DNA from: a virus
Lineage: Duplodnaviria > Caudoviricetes
Length of the DNA stretch: 25,856 bases
Strand: one strand, 5' to 3'
IMG/VR virus record: IMGVR_UViG_3300037863_000023
Location: 1-25,856 of that record
A program made the position numbers and the translations under genes. Position 1 is the first letter of the stretch, and each line of letters starts with the position of its first letter. The notes under the pieces were generated by a model. That model ran no database searches and had not been told where the DNA came from. It worked only from the letters and a program-made list of their open reading frames with translations. This document shows positions 1 through 6,706 of the stretch, in pieces.

Positions 1-147
1 CGACTACACGCCGCCTTTGAAGCGGGTCAAGACCACGAGCGCGAGGCGTGTGCAAAGGTGTGTGATAACAAAGCAAACGAGCACAATTGGGAGGGTGGCT
101 ATGCACATGAGTGTTCCGAAGCAATCAGAGCAAGGAGCCAAGAGTGA
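1..147 (+). CDS. Partial (5'-truncated) small hypothetical phage protein
   Basis: Frame 1 reads RLHAAFEAGQDHEREACAKVCD...ECSEAIRARSQE* with TGA at 145-147. The EREACAxxC...AIRAR pattern is common in small phage accessory proteins. Its stop overlaps the next GTG (GTGA). Confidence 0.75.
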   Translation, partial: RLHAAFEAGQDHEREACAKVCDNKANEHNWEGGYAHECSEAIRARSQE

Positions 148-515
148 ACTGCCCCATCTGCAACGCATGGACTAACCTTTTGGATTCTCGAAAAAGATTG
201 GGCAGCACGTACCGGCGCTACGAGTGCGCCAACTTGCACTACTTTACAACCAAGGACGACGATGTGATAAGCACTCACGAACAAAAACGAGGGCGCGGCA
301 GACCGCGCAAGCCGACGCACACCATTAACTCAAGCAACACCGTCGCCGTCTCGACTGACACGTACTGGCTACCGATTGACGACGATACACCGCGCAACGT
401 CAAGCTACAGTTGTTGACCAAGGCAGGCGTTGCCATGTACGGCAACCTGACCGGCGACATTACTTTTTTCACGCACTGGTGCCCGCTACCCAAGAAAAGG
501 ACTGACAATGTTTGA
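144..515 (+). CDS. Zn-ribbon (NrdR-N/Ogr-like) + AT-hook-like + DUF551-like fusion protein
   Basis: GTG at 144 with AAGGAG at 132-137. CPIC...DSR...RRYECANLHYFTT zinc ribbon, RGRGRPRK basic motif, and C-terminal YWLPIDDDTP...THWCPLP typical of DUF551-like proteins. Confidence 0.65.
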   Translation: MNCPICNAWTNLLDSRKRLGSTYRRYECANLHYFTTKDDDVISTHEQKRGRGRPRKPTHTINSSNTVAVSTDTYWLPIDDDTPRNVKLQLLTKAGVAMYGNLTGDITFFTHWCPLPKKRTDNV

Positions 516-831
516 CCTAATTCGCTTCGACCACAATTCACAAAGGTTTGTTATGAGAGATTTACGCGCCCCTGCCAACGCATTCGAGTGGAGGCGCTTT
601 GTTGTAGAGGAGGCCGAGCGCCGGGGCGACAAGCCAAGCCAGCTAGATGCAGGCACAACGTCCCGCGAGCGCAGCGTAGCCTCGACAAAGGCTGTTGAGC
701 GGCTCAGGGAAACCAAGCCCAAATACGGCACGATCGGCATGAGCAAGAAGACCGCCGAGATGCTTGAACTCAAGCCTAAAAATTTTAGCATTTACAGCAA
801 AGCACGGACTAAAAAGGAGGTCGAGGCATGA
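508..831 (+). CDS. Hypothetical phage protein (107 aa)
   Basis: ATG with AAGGA upstream. Overlaps both neighbours in a tightly packed operon. No recognisable motif. Confidence 0.7.
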   Translation: MFDLIRFDHNSQRFVMRDLRAPANAFEWRRFVVEEAERRGDKPSQLDAGTTSRERSVASTKAVERLRETKPKYGTIGMSKKTAEMLELKPKNFSIYSKARTKKEVEA

Positions 832-1043
832 AAGCAGACGACATACAAGTTAGCGGCAGCCACTACAAAGACATGCCCATCCAGCCTTGGACTCTCATGG
901 AAGCGGTACTGACCCCTGCGGAGTTCAAGGGCTATCTCAAAGGCAATGTTATAAAGTATTCGATGCGGGCGGGCCACAAAGAAAACAGCGACGACGCAGG
1001 CAAAGCCAAGCACTACATGCAGAAACTTAAAGAGGTGAGTTGA
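828..1043 (+). CDS. DUF3310 / SaV-like (T7 gp1.7-like) protein
   Basis: QVSGSHYK...IQPW...GYLKGNVIKYSMRAGHK...DAGKAKHY is the DUF3310 signature. SD AGGAGG, ATGA overlap. Confidence 0.85.
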   Translation: MKADDIQVSGSHYKDMPIQPWTLMEAVLTPAEFKGYLKGNVIKYSMRAGHKENSDDAGKAKHYMQKLKEVS

Positions 1044-1345
1044 TGGCCGCAACTCCCGAGAAAAAAGTCAAAGACGCAGTAGCCAAGATCCTCAAGGGAA
1101 ACAACGTCTACTACTTCGCCCCTGCTTCAAACGGCATGGGACGGGCCGGGATTCCGGACCTCATCTGCTGCGTTGACGGGATGTTTCTCGCCATTGAGTG
1201 CAAGGCGGGTAAGGGCAAGACCACGGCACTGCAAGATCGGGAGATCAACGCCATCGTGGCCTCAAAAGGCTTGGCTATCGTCGTCAACGAAGAGAACTTG
1301 GCGGATGTCCAAGCGGGGATAGATCTGCTCCGGGGCCAGCGATGA
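1043..1345 (+). CDS. VRR-NUC family nuclease (putative Holliday junction resolvase)
   Basis: TPEKKVK...GRAGIPDLICC...FLAIECKAGKGKTTALQ PD-(D/E)XK VRR-NUC pattern. ATG at 1043 overlaps the upstream TGA. Confidence 0.88.
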   Translation: MAATPEKKVKDAVAKILKGNNVYYFAPASNGMGRAGIPDLICCVDGMFLAIECKAGKGKTTALQDREINAIVASKGLAIVVNEENLADVQAGIDLLRGQR

Positions 1346-1551
1346 CACCCGGCGAGCTCCTTGAGATTCTCAAAGGCAAGCTACCTGAAGCGTCAAAACA
1401 AGAACTGCGCATGGCAGCAAAGCGTATCAACGACCGCAAGCGGTACGCAGAAAAAACTCAACTCAACTGGACTAAAGATGCCCCAAGTGATAACGATCGA
1501 CTTCGAGACTTTTTACAGTCGCGAATTCAGTTTGACGAAGCTAACGACTGA
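1342..1551 (+). CDS. Small hypothetical protein (69 aa) overlapping the polymerase start
   Basis: ATGA coupling with the VRR-NUC stop. Fills the gap before the polymerase ATG at 1478 and overlaps it by 74 nt. Confidence 0.5.
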   Translation: MTPGELLEILKGKLPEASKQELRMAAKRINDRKRYAEKTQLNWTKDAPSDNDRLRDFLQSRIQFDEAND

Positions 1552-3367
1552 GCAGTACGTTCGCAGCCCGCAGTTTGAAACCATCGGCGCTGCTATTGGA
1601 TGGGGCGTCGAGCCGCCAGTTTGGTATCCCAAGCCTGATGTAGCCTACGCCCTTGATGCGATTGACTGGTCGGACAAGCTGGTGCTGGCGCAGAACACCG
1701 CGTTCGACGCTTCAATCTTGGCATGGCACTACGGCGTTAACCCGCTGGCATGGCTTGACACACTGGGCATGTCGAGGGCGCTGTTTCCCCATGCAAAATC
1801 TCACAGCTTGAAATCGCAGGCCGAACGCATTGGCGTCGGCGTCAAAGGCGACGAAGTGCTCAACGCGCTAGGCAAACGCTACGCGGACTTCACCCCGCAA
1901 GAGTTGGCTCGCTACGGCGAGTACTGCGTCAACGACGTACTGCTGACCAAGCGGCTGTTCCATAAATACATGGGCATGGGGTTCTCCAAGATTGAGCTAA
2001 AGCTGATTGACCTGACACTGCGGATGTTCGTGGAGCCTGTTCTAATATTAGACAAGCCGAAACTCCAACTCCACCTTAAAGAAGTACGTGAGTCCAAGGC
2101 CCAACTACTTGATGACGTCCGCGACATGATGCTGGCTGAGAGTGATCCGGACTTCGTACACGCGGTGTTCAGTGAAGGCACCGACGGCATCAAGAAGCTG
2201 CTCATGTCCAACGAGAAGTTTGCGACGTTGCTGCGCTCCTACGACGTGGAGCCTCCGACCAAGATTAGCCCAGCTACGAAGAAGGAAGCCTACGCGTTTG
2301 CCAAGACAGACGAAGAGTTCATTGCCTTGGGTGAACATCACGACATTCGTGTGCAGGGATTAGTTGCAGCTCGCCTTGGCACCAAGACAACGATTGAGGA
2401 GACGCGCACTGAGCGCTTCATTGGCATGGCAGATCGTGGGGCGTTCCCTGTCCCCCTGCGGTACTACGGCGCACACTCGGGCCGCTGGAGCGGCCAAGAT
2501 TCCGTGAACATGCAAAACCTCCCAAGCCGCGGGGCGAACGCAGGCCGGATAAAGAAAGCCATCAGGGCCCCCGAGGGTTACGTCGTGATCGACTGTGACT
2601 CTGCGCAGATCGAAGCGCGGGTGCTGGCGTGGCTGGCTGGACAAGACGATCTGACCGCGGCGTTTGAGCGGCGCGAGGATGTGTACAAGATCATGGCCAG
2701 CAACATCTACGCTGTGCCGGTGTTGGAGATCACGGGGCCACAGCGGACTGTGGGTAAGACCGTCGTTCTGGGTGCAGGCTATGGCGTGGGGTGGTCCAAG
2801 CTGCAGCTCTTTTTGAAGATGCAGGCGAAGGTTATCGTGGACGACGTTGAGTCTAAGCGCATCGTGAACGCATACCGTGGGACGTACAACCGGATACCCC
2901 TGTTGTGGCGCAAGGGGGAAGAAGCGTTGGCAGCGTTGGCGCAGGGGCAGAGTATGGTGCTCGACGCACAAGGCCTGCTGACGGTGGTGCCCGACAAAGG
3001 CATACGCCTGCCCAACGGATTGTTCATACAGTACCCCGGCCTCAAGAAGGTTGTGAAAGAGGATGGCAAGGCCTCATGGGTGTACTACAGCAAGGGAAGT
3101 CCCATCTACATCTACGGCGGTAAAGTTATTGAAAATGTCTGTCAAGCTGTGGCCCGCATCGTTATTGGCGAGCAGATGCTGCGTATCGCCAAGCGCTACA
3201 AGGTCGTACTTACCGTTCATGACGCCGTGGCCATCGTCGCTAAAGCGGAAGAAGCCGCCGAGGCCCAAGCCTTTGTTGAAGCGTGCATGAACTGGCGTCC
3301 AAAGTGGGCGCAGACCCTACCCCTTGCTTGCGAGTCGGGGATAGGCAAATCGTACGGGGACTGTTAA
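1478..3367 (+). CDS. polA: DNA polymerase family A with 3'-5' exonuclease domain, no 5'-3' exonuclease
   Basis: Probable start MPQVITIDFET (ExoI), AQNTAFD (ExoII), YCVND (ExoIII), HSGRWSG, motif A DCDSAQIEARVLAWLAG, motif B RTVGKTVVLGAGYG, motif C TVHDAV. Confidence 0.95.
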   Translation: MPQVITIDFETFYSREFSLTKLTTEQYVRSPQFETIGAAIGWGVEPPVWYPKPDVAYALDAIDWSDKLVLAQNTAFDASILAWHYGVNPLAWLDTLGMSRALFPHAKSHSLKSQAERIGVGVKGDEVLNALGKRYADFTPQELARYGEYCVNDVLLTKRLFHKYMGMGFSKIELKLIDLTLRMFVEPVLILDKPKLQLHLKEVRESKAQLLDDVRDMMLAESDPDFVHAVFSEGTDGIKKLLMSNEKFATLLRSYDVEPPTKISPATKKEAYAFAKTDEEFIALGEHHDIRVQGLVAARLGTKTTIEETRTERFIGMADRGAFPVPLRYYGAHSGRWSGQDSVNMQNLPSRGANAGRIKKAIRAPEGYVVIDCDSAQIEARVLAWLAGQDDLTAAFERREDVYKIMASNIYAVPVLEITGPQRTVGKTVVLGAGYGVGWSKLQLFLKMQAKVIVDDVESKRIVNAYRGTYNRIPLLWRKGEEALAALAQGQSMVLDAQGLLTVVPDKGIRLPNGLFIQYPGLKKVVKEDGKASWVYYSKGSPIYIYGGKVIENVCQAVARIVIGEQMLRIAKRYKVVLTVHDAVAIVAKAEEAAEAQAFVEACMNWRPKWAQTLPLACESGIGKSYGDC

Positions 3368-3370
3368 AAT
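3342..3370 (+). promoter_or_regulatory. Putative sigma70 promoter for the nuclease gene
   Basis: TAGGCA-17 nt-TAAAAT with TG extension (TGtTAAAAT), overlapping the polA stop. Confidence 0.5.
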
Positions 3371-3401
3371 TGGCCCTTAACAATCTCAATAAAGCAAACC
3401 C

Positions 3402-4064
3402 ATGGCACTCGCATTTTCGTACTCCGCGATCAAGGACTTCCAAAACTGTCCCCGCAAGTACCATGAGACCCGTATCCTCAAAAAGTTCAAGCAGGCAGAC
3501 AGCACTGCAACCCTCTATGGCACCGCCGCACACAAAGCCTTCGAGCTATACATTCAAGACGGGACACCCCTTCCTGAAAATTTTTCACAGTACAAGCGCT
3601 TCGTGGAACCTCTCACTCGAATCAAAGGCGAGATCAAGTGCGAACTCAAGCTCGGCATCACCGCGGACTTCAAACCCTGCGAGTTCTTTGGTAGGGACGT
3701 GTGGTTCCGCGGCCTGCCAGACTACCTTGCGCTCAATCATGAGACGGGCGTTGCCCGCGTCGTAGACTTCAAGACGGGTAAGTCCAGCCGGTATGCGGAC
3801 ACGTCGCAGTTGGAGTTGATGGCGGCCATGATAATGATCCACTACCCCGACGTAAAAGTGGTGAAGGGCATGCTGCTGTTTGTTGTTGCAGACGCCATCA
3901 TTAAGGCGGAGTTTTCTCGGGCCCAACTACCTAGCATCTTGGCCAAGTGGGCGGGCGAGGCCTCGTTGATTGAAGCTGCTGTTGGCCACGGAGTGTGGAA
4001 CGCCAAGCCGAGCGGCCTGTGTAAATTTTGCCCCGTCGTTTCGTGCGACCATCATAGGAGCTGA
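3402..4064 (+). CDS. Cas4-like PD-(D/E)XK exonuclease
   Basis: SYSAIKDFQNCPRKY, GTAAHKAFE, RGLPDYL...VVDFKTGK, QLELMA, C-terminal CKFCPVVSC (1+3 Cys Fe-S arrangement). Confidence 0.9.
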   Translation: MALAFSYSAIKDFQNCPRKYHETRILKKFKQADSTATLYGTAAHKAFELYIQDGTPLPENFSQYKRFVEPLTRIKGEIKCELKLGITADFKPCEFFGRDVWFRGLPDYLALNHETGVARVVDFKTGKSSRYADTSQLELMAAMIMIHYPDVKVVKGMLLFVVADAIIKAEFSRAQLPSILAKWAGEASLIEAAVGHGVWNAKPSGLCKFCPVVSCDHHRS

Positions 4065-4152
4065 TACTTCCGTCGCCGAGTTCGTAGAATGGTGCCGAAA
4101 AGTTGTTATCCACCACACCACCTTGCAGTCAGAGCAAGGAGAAAAGGAGTAG
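4057..4152 (+). pseudogene. Probable 3' relic of a deleted gene (HNH-like C-terminus)
   Basis: Startless frame GADTSVAEFVEWCRKVVIHHTTLQSEQGEKE* ends just before the next ATG and carries its SD. EFxxWCxxV resembles the C-terminal helix of phage HNH-type endonucleases. Confidence 0.45.
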
Positions 4153-4156
4153 AGTT

Positions 4157-4442
4157 ATGGCCAAAAAGCGTGACTATAAATAGCGAATATGCTAAGTACC
4201 AAGGCCAACCCGCGCAGATTGCCAATCGTTCTGCCCGCAACGGCGCACGGCGCACCTATGAGAAGGCCAACGGCGCGGTGCCTGACGGTATGGATGTAGA
4301 CCACAAGAAAGCGATGTCCAAGGGTGGCACGTCAAAGGCAGGCAACCTGCAGGCCGTGGCTGCCAAAACCAACCGTAGCTTCGCCCGTAACAAAAACGGT
4401 TCTATGAAATCGCAAACTAGCAAACGCGAAGCCAAAAAGTGA
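4157..4442 (+). pseudogene. HNH endonuclease gene interrupted by a +1 frameshift
   Basis: AAGGAG SD then ATG 4157: MAKKRDYK* (TAG 4181-4183). The +1 frame continues SEYAKYQGQPAQIANRSARNGARR...DVDHKKAMSKGG...NL...NRS, an HNH motif. Confidence 0.75.
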
Positions 4443-4448
4443 TATAGT
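4440..4448 (+). promoter_or_regulatory. Putative extended -10 promoter
   Basis: TGaTATAGT overlapping the HNH stop codon. No convincing -35. Confidence 0.45.
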
Positions 4449-4452
4449 TTCC

Positions 4453-4531
4453 GAGAGCACTTTTCATAGGGTGTTCTCCTTGGTTGAGTTGACATGAGTT
4501 CGCACGGTAGTTTAGGCTACCGTGCTTTTTT
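4453..4531 (+). ncRNA. Candidate small RNA or attenuator leader
   Basis: Hairpin GAGAGCACTT/GGGTGTTCTC, a CU-rich anti-SD-like segment TTCTCCTTGG, and a terminal rho-independent terminator, downstream of an extended -10. Confidence 0.45.
4502..4531 (+). terminator. Rho-independent terminator
   Basis: GCACGGTAG-tttagg-CTACCGTGC 9-bp perfect stem followed by TTTTTT. Confidence 0.85.
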
Positions 4532-4551
4532 CGTCGCCTAAAGGAATTTCC

Positions 4552-6102
4552 GTGCAAATTATTGACAACCGGGCCTTGCTGTTTACCACCAAGAAAGCGG
4601 ATCAGATCACCGCTTTGATCCCAAAAAGTAGAGTCCTTGAGCGCAACGGCGAGCTAGCTAGAGTGCTGGTGAACTGGGGCCCTGACGAGGCTAAACTCCT
4701 GCGTAACCTACGTATTAAAAACGTGCCGCACCCCATCACGGGTCGATACAAGTGGGCAGGTGTGTACACACCGTTCGCACACCAGCGAGTCACCGCGGGG
4801 TTCTTGGCCACCCACCAACGCTGCCTTGTTTTGAGTGAAGCCGGGACTGGCAAGACTGCCGCTGCCGCGTGGGCCGCAGACTACTTGATGCAGCAAGGCG
4901 AAGTCAAACGCGTGCTTATCGTATGCCCCGTCTCAATCATGGACACTGCATGGCGGGCCGACCTATTTCGCACAGTTATGCACCGCACAGTGGCCATTGC
5001 ATCGGGCTCCCGTGAGCGCAGGGAGAAGCTCATCGACGGCGACTACGAGTTTGTCATCATCAACTTCGATGGCGTCAAGGTAGTCCGCACGGCGCTGGAG
5101 GCGGCTGCGTTTGATCTCATCATCGTTGACGAAGCAACTGCCCTGAAGAATGTCCAGACCGACCGATGGAAAGCACTGAACGGCTTGCTCAAACCGACAA
5201 CACGTTTGTGGCTCATGACCGGCACCCCGGCATCCCAATCCCCAGTAGACGCCTACGGCTTGGCCAAGTTGGTTGCCCCGGAGCGAATGCCGCGGTTCTA
5301 CGGAACGTTCAGGGATTCCGTGATGTACAAGGTCACACAGTACAAGTGGGCAGCAAAGCGCGACGCGCAGGATACCGTGTTCAAAGCCCTGCAGCCTGCG
5401 ATCCGGTACACCAAAGAAGAGTGCCTCGACCTACCAGACATGCTGTACACCAGCCGTGAGGTGCCGCTTACAGTGCAGCAGCAGAAGTACTACGACATTA
5501 TCAAGAAGTCGATGGTGGCACTGGCTGCAGGCTCTGAGATCACGGCGGTCAACGCAGCGGGACTGCTCAATAAACTCCTGCAGATCTCGCAAGGCGTGGC
5601 GTACACGACAGATAAAGAAGTTGTTGAGTTCGATGTATCAAACAGGCTCAACGAGCTGGACGACGTGATCCAGCAAACTACGCACAAGGTCATCGTGTTC
5701 ATCCCGTTTCGGCACGCGATGGAGAAAGTGCAAGACGAGTTATCCAAGCGAGGCTACGCATCGGACAGTATCCACGGTGGGGTGCCTGCTTCGCAACGCG
5801 CCGACATCATCAAGCGTTTCCAGACCGAAGCCAGCCCCCGCATCATTCTGCTGATACCCCAAGCCGCCGCTCATGGCATTACGCTTACCGCTGCAGACAC
5901 CGTAGTGTGGTGGGGCCCAACGTCGTCCGCCGAGATGTACATACAGGGTAACTCCCGTGCGCACCGCGCTGGCCAGACAAACAAAGTCACGGTTGTCCGC
6001 TTGCAAGGCAGCCCAGTGGAACGACGCATGTACGACATGCTCGACGGAAAAGTAGACATGCACCAAGGTCTTGTCGACCTATATAAACAAGAAATCGCTT
6101 GA
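4552..6102 (+). CDS. SNF2-like superfamily 2 helicase
   Basis: GTG at 4552 with AAGGA SD. Motif I SEAGTGKT, Ia LIVCPVS, II IVDEAT, III MTGTP, V GITLTAA, VI QGNSRAHRAGQ. Confidence 0.93.
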   Translation: MQIIDNRALLFTTKKADQITALIPKSRVLERNGELARVLVNWGPDEAKLLRNLRIKNVPHPITGRYKWAGVYTPFAHQRVTAGFLATHQRCLVLSEAGTGKTAAAAWAADYLMQQGEVKRVLIVCPVSIMDTAWRADLFRTVMHRTVAIASGSRERREKLIDGDYEFVIINFDGVKVVRTALEAAAFDLIIVDEATALKNVQTDRWKALNGLLKPTTRLWLMTGTPASQSPVDAYGLAKLVAPERMPRFYGTFRDSVMYKVTQYKWAAKRDAQDTVFKALQPAIRYTKEECLDLPDMLYTSREVPLTVQQQKYYDIIKKSMVALAAGSEITAVNAAGLLNKLLQISQGVAYTTDKEVVEFDVSNRLNELDDVIQQTTHKVIVFIPFRHAMEKVQDELSKRGYASDSIHGGVPASQRADIIKRFQTEASPRIILLIPQAAAHGITLTAADTVVWWGPTSSAEMYIQGNSRAHRAGQTNKVTVVRLQGSPVERRMYDMLDGKVDMHQGLVDLYKQEIA

Positions 6103-6126
6103 CACCGTTAATTGACTGTGTATAAT
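6099..6126 (+). promoter_or_regulatory. Consensus sigma70 promoter with palindromic spacer
   Basis: TTGACA-16 nt-TATAAT with TGTG extension. 6102-6121 is an imperfect palindrome (8/10 pairs). Confidence 0.85.
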
Positions 6127-6133
6127 TCAATAC

Positions 6134-6205
6134 GGGGGGAAAGCGGATGCTGGACGGAATTGGGGCTGTTACCCCAACCAGTTACCCAGTGCAGCGAGTA
6201 CCCCC
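6134..6205 (+). ncRNA. Structured RNA leader with loop-E-like motif
   Basis: GGGGG/CCCCC closing stem, GAA/AGUA internal motif, UGCUGG/CCAGUG stem, inner hairpin UUGGGG-cuguua-CCCCAA. Starts at the expected +1 of the promoter. Confidence 0.6.
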
Positions 6206-6227
6206 ACCCCAACTAAAGGACATAAAA

Positions 6228-6644
6228 ATGACTGAAGCAAAAGAGGCCCCTAGGTACGACGCGGATCGGCTTGTGCGGGTGTACATAAAAATCCGTGATG
6301 CCAAAGCCCAGCTCAAATCGGAGTTTGATGAATCCGTGGGGCGACTTGACGTGCAGATGGATGCCGTAGAGGCAGAGCTGCTAGCCCTGTGCAAGACTAC
6401 TGGCCAAGACGGGGGCCGCACGGACCACGGCACGTTTACCCGCACCGTTAGGACCCGCTACTGGACAAGCGACTGGCAGTCAATGTATGCCTTCATCAAG
6501 GAGCACAACTCGATTGAACTGCTGGAGCAGCGCGTGTCGCAGGGGAACATGAAGGCGTTCCTCAAAGAGAACCCGGACAAGCTCCCTGCTGGACTGAACG
6601 TCGATTCTAAATACGCAATCACTGTACGGAGGCCAACCAAATAG
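6228..6644 (+). CDS. Conserved phage replication-module protein (coiled-coil N-terminus, possibly Gam/Gp157-like)
   Basis: ATG 6228 with AAGGA SD. LVRVYIKIRD...DWQSMYAFI...LLEQRVSQ...LPAGLN pattern is typical of the gene preceding SSB in such phages. Function is uncertain. Confidence 0.7.
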   Translation: MTEAKEAPRYDADRLVRVYIKIRDAKAQLKSEFDESVGRLDVQMDAVEAELLALCKTTGQDGGRTDHGTFTRTVRTRYWTSDWQSMYAFIKEHNSIELLEQRVSQGNMKAFLKENPDKLPAGLNVDSKYAITVRRPTK

Positions 6645-6706
6645 TTCTGCCCTAAGCCAACCCTAATTAATTTTCAACTGCCTTTCAACTAACCCTAGAG
6701 ACCCAT

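Noticed and set aside
1361-1477. N-terminal extension of polA from TTG 1361
   Set aside because: The ExoI motif begins right after ATG 1478, and the extension overlaps a better-coupled ORF.
2360-2971. Long antisense or alternate-frame ORFs (for example 2360-2971, 3283-3765, 16427-16993, 19661-20152)
   Set aside because: Shadow ORFs of GC-rich genuine genes, with no motifs or RBS support.
3402-4064. Cas4-like gene as evidence of a CRISPR system
   Set aside because: No repeat-spacer array or other cas genes. Solo Cas4-like nucleases are routine in phage replication modules.
4089-4156. ATG 4089 as the HNH start
   Set aside because: No SD and an implausible N-terminal sequence, while ATG 4157 has a strong SD and a typical N-terminus.
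4181-4183. Genome-wide TAG recoding
   Set aside because: Readthrough would not restore the HNH frame, and TAG serves as a normal stop for other genes (6644, 7838, 11020, 22793).
6147-6227. 27-aa N-terminal extension of the 6228 gene
   Set aside because: It lies within the structured leader, and ATG 6228 has a clear SD.
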